Shown here in pieces: positions 61,789-64,000 of a DNA stretch of 64,000 nt. The position numbers and the translations under genes were made by a program. The stretch is from Ignavibacteriales bacterium (GTDB taxonomy: Bacteria; Bacteroidota; Ignavibacteria; UBA10030; UBA8401): contig JAPLFO010000139.1 in NCBI GenBank assembly GCA_026390635.1, positions 34,333 through 98,332 on the forward strand, in the 5' to 3' direction. Position 1 is the first letter of the stretch; each line of letters begins with the position of its first letter. Under the pieces are notes generated by a model. That model made no database searches. It had not been told where the DNA came from and saw nothing but the letters and a program-made list of their open reading frames with translations.

Positions 61789-61819
61789 AATTCGCGACAT
61801 CTGAAAAACTCTTGGCGCC

Positions 61820-61923
61820 GTCATTCTGAGTCGTCCGCCTACGGCGGGATAAACTTCGCGACGAAGAATCCATCACTTTGGTCTAATTTTAGCGCATGGA
61901 TTCTTCGCTTCGCTCAGAATGAC
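61820..61923. repeat. 104-nt near-perfect inverted repeat (long hairpin) between convergent genes
   Basis: Outer arms gtcattctgag/ctcagaatgac (11/11) and inner arms cgaagaatccat/atggattcttcg (12/12), with a side hairpin ccgcc-tac-ggcgg and a loop ttttagcgc. Confidence 0.5.
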
Positions 61924-61989
61924 CCACCGACAAGACTTTTTCAGAAGTGTCAATTCATTCGATTCGCGGAAACGCGGAGGGCATCTTTA

Positions 61990-62571
61990 TTACAAGACGT
62001 CTTTGGAAATCCACTTCTGGGTTTTGGGCGCGACGTACCGTTCCATCCTGTCCAGCAGCCGCTCACTATCATCATCCACAAGAAGCATGTCCTGATTTGC
62101 CGTCTTTAAAAAGCTGCGATCAACCATCGTCTGCACCATCATACAAAGAGCGTCGTAATAACCGGCGATATTGAGCAATCCGATTGGTTTGGCATGAAGT
62201 CCGAGTTGTGCCCAGGTCAGCATCTCAAAAAGTTCATCCAGCGTTCCGAACCCACCGGGAAGCGCAATCACGCCGTCGCACAAATTGTTCATGGTGGTTT
62301 TTCGCTCGTGCATCGTGTTGACAACAATGAGTTCTGTAATGCCTGGATGAGCGATTTCCTTGTCCCGGAGGAAAACCGGAAGAACGCCGATCGACTTACC
62401 GTCCCCTGAAAGAACTCCATCTGCCACCGCCCCCATCAAACCAATCCTTGTTCCGCCGTAGACCAGCGTAATGCCGCGCCGTGCCAGTGTCGTTCCGAGC
62501 AACCGGGCTTGCGTAGCGTAGAGAGGATCCAGTCCCGAACTGGAGCCGCAAAAGACTGTAATGCTTTTCAT
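61990..62571 (-). CDS. LOG-family cytokinin riboside 5-prime-monophosphate phosphoribohydrolase
   Basis: 193 aa with a TIGR00730-type PGGxGTxxE motif (…LPGGFGTLDELFE…). Confidence 0.85.
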   Translation of the reverse strand: MKSITVFCGSSSGLDPLYATQARLLGTTLARRGITLVYGGTRIGLMGAVADGVLSGDGKSIGVLPVFLRDKEIAHPGITELIVVNTMHERKTTMNNLCDGVIALPGGFGTLDELFEMLTWAQLGLHAKPIGLLNIAGYYDALCMMVQTMVDRSFLKTANQDMLLVDDDSERLLDRMERYVAPKTQKWISKDVL

Positions 62572-62745
62572 AGCAATGAATTGCTTCTACAAAAGAATAA
62601 TCGAGTAACATCAGAAGGTCTTCTGAAGTCGAACAACAAGTGCACGGCTATAGTCATCGGTCATCGTGCGTGCGACAAAAATTCGCACAACCAATACCCT
62701 GAAAGAGCCCAAACATTGCCGCTTCTTATCGGTGGCAAATAGTGA

Positions 62746-64000
62746 CTAGTGAGTCAAAAAAAAGTCCCATGCCGCTCGTGCTATTGACGAAATAGTCGCA
62801 TCACGAGCATCTTCGTTCGCGGTGGAGTTGGACACGAAGACAACGATCACATAATGTCTTCCATCCGGAAGCGTCACAATGCCGACATCATTGGTTGCCG
62901 CGGCAATGCCAACCTCGTTTTCACCGGACGATCCCGTCTTGTGCGACACAAGCGTTCCCGGAGGAAGTTGTCCCCGTATTCGGCCCGGACCAGTGCCGGT
63001 TCTTTCCATGACAGTCCGAAGAAATGCAGTATTTCCAGAGGAGAGAATATTTCCCAGATAGAACTGCTTCAGAAGCTGCAGCATTGCTTTCGGCTCACAC
63101 CAATTCGCAAACTGAACATTCCAATCTTTGTGCATTTGTTCTTCCGTGGCAGCAATTGCGATACCGGTGATGCCGAGTGATCGAATGTATGCCTGGACGC
63201 TATCAGTTCCTCCAAGAAGGCGGAAAAGAATGTCACATCCATTGTTGTCGCTCTGCGATATCATGGCGCTCAGGATTTCCCGCAGCGGCAGATCAACGTT
63301 TCCCGCGGGGTATCGTTCCCGCAACGGGCTCCAGGTATCAGGAAGAAGATCTGTTTTGGTGACGCGGATCATTTGATCAAGCGACAGAAGGTGATGGTCC
63401 ACGCGATTGAGCACTGCAAGCGCGACGGGGAATTTGTAAACGCTCTGCATCGGAAGATGAAGAAGCGGATTGACGGTCAGCGAGTCGCCGGATTCGAGCA
63501 ATTCGATGGCAACGCCGATCACTCCGGGAGAGGCTGAAACAATGGAATCGATTTTTGCCCGAAATGCATCCGGTTGTGCAAAGATTCCCGAGGGAAAAAG
63601 CAAAAAATCAATAACGCGTGCCGGGCCATCGGAACAGCCGGTATCGAACACCGCCTTCCATGTGCTATCCGGCTGCTTCATCCATACCGTGGCATAGGTG
63701 CCATACTGCAATGTCATTGCTCCATCGCTGTTCTTTCTACGACGTTCAGATTTTCCAATCGTGTATCCCACGCGCCCGGGTATCATCATTTCCGCATGAA
63801 CCGGTTTCCAGCGGAGCGAGAATGATGGAAGCGCAAAGATCGGTGCCATGACTTTACGTATTGCCTCGCGTCCAACAATGGGCTGCGACGTATCACCGAT
63901 CATTGAACCATTTGGCGCAAAAAAGGAAATCCATGCATCAACACCGTGCTGAGAGACCGCCAGGTCAAAGGCACGGTCTGCCTGCATCAATTGCTCCGGT
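62746..64000 (-). CDS. DUF4440 (SnoaL/NTF2-like) domain fused to class A beta-lactamase (partial; N-terminus may lie beyond window end)
   Basis: The C-terminal about 290 aa carry SVYK (Ser70-x-x-Lys), SDN and KTG motifs. The N-terminal about 120 aa match DUF4440 (…AWISFFAPNG…GREAIRKVMAPIF…TVWMKQPDSTWKAVFDTG…). The ORF reaches within 10 nt of the window edge without an upstream stop. Confidence 0.65.
   Translation of the reverse strand, partial: PEQLMQADRAFDLAVSQHGVDAWISFFAPNGSMIGDTSQPIVGREAIRKVMAPIFALPSFSLRWKPVHAEMMIPGRVGYTIGKSERRRKNSDGAMTLQYGTYATVWMKQPDSTWKAVFDTGCSDGPARVIDFLLFPSGIFAQPDAFRAKIDSIVSASPGVIGVAIELLESGDSLTVNPLLHLPMQSVYKFPVALAVLNRVDHHLLSLDQMIRVTKTDLLPDTWSPLRERYPAGNVDLPLREILSAMISQSDNNGCDILFRLLGGTDSVQAYIRSLGITGIAIAATEEQMHKDWNVQFANWCEPKAMLQLLKQFYLGNILSSGNTAFLRTVMERTGTGPGRIRGQLPPGTLVSHKTGSSGENEVGIAAATNDVGIVTLPDGRHYVIVVFVSNSTANEDARDATISSIARAAWDFFLTH

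Noticed and set aside
1-64000. CRISPR arrays, rRNA or tRNA genes, and transposase or integrase genes
   Set aside because: No short direct-repeat arrays, no rRNA signature sequences, no cloverleaf-compatible tRNA candidates, and no ORF resembling a transposase, integrase or recombinase were found on either strand.

Overview
This 64 kb window reads as one contiguous stretch of bacterial chromosome. Read by eye, it is about 55% GC, with gene-dense coding on both strands.

The organism is probably from the FCB group (Bacteroidota, Ignavibacteriota, Chlorobiota or relatives). The main clue is two secreted peptidases carrying C-terminal type IX secretion (T9SS) sorting domains.

The window spans the replication-origin neighbourhood:
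- On the minus strand sits the classical yidC-yidD-rnpA-rpmH cluster (26.8-29.5 kb). I translated rpmH by hand; the ORF track missed it because it is only 47 aa.
- dnaA is divergent from it at 29.9-31.3 kb. DnaA-box clusters lie on both sides of dnaA, and an AT-rich DNA-unwinding element lies downstream at 31.39-31.77 kb. Together these are the likely oriC.
- dnaN does not follow dnaA.

The most unusual locus starts directly at the origin edge. An SPFH/flotillin-like membrane protein gene (31771-32739) abuts a 1852-codon ORF (32740-38298), with TAA directly followed by ATG. That giant ORF fuses a class I/II PLP aminotransferase-like domain, which carries a roughly 420-aa insertion, to a full-length but catalytically divergent PEP carboxylase-like domain. 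I do not recognise this architecture.

The rest of the window:
- Housekeeping genes: thrB-thrC-proC, panD, a DAHP synthase, mnmE-mnmG-rsmG, murQ, dnaX, lon, trpB2, yebC, pepT.
- A pair of adjacent M16 peptidase genes, both apparently disrupted. The first has three in-frame TAG codons; the second has a -1 frameshift next to a 9-bp tandem duplication.
- A peptide-scavenging neighbourhood at 42-61 kb: an M1 peptidase, two tandem T9SS S41-like peptidases, an OPT transporter, PepT, an M23/LysM peptidase and an APC permease.
- A sensor histidine kinase with a periplasmic binding-protein-like domain.
- A roughly 1 kb non-coding stretch at 51.1-52.2 kb, rich in hairpins.
- Two related ~80-nt intergenic elements flanking the OPT gene.
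- A 104-nt near-perfect inverted repeat at 61.8 kb.
- A partial DUF4440-class A beta-lactamase fusion at the right edge.

I found no rRNA, tRNA, CRISPR array or recognisable mobile element.
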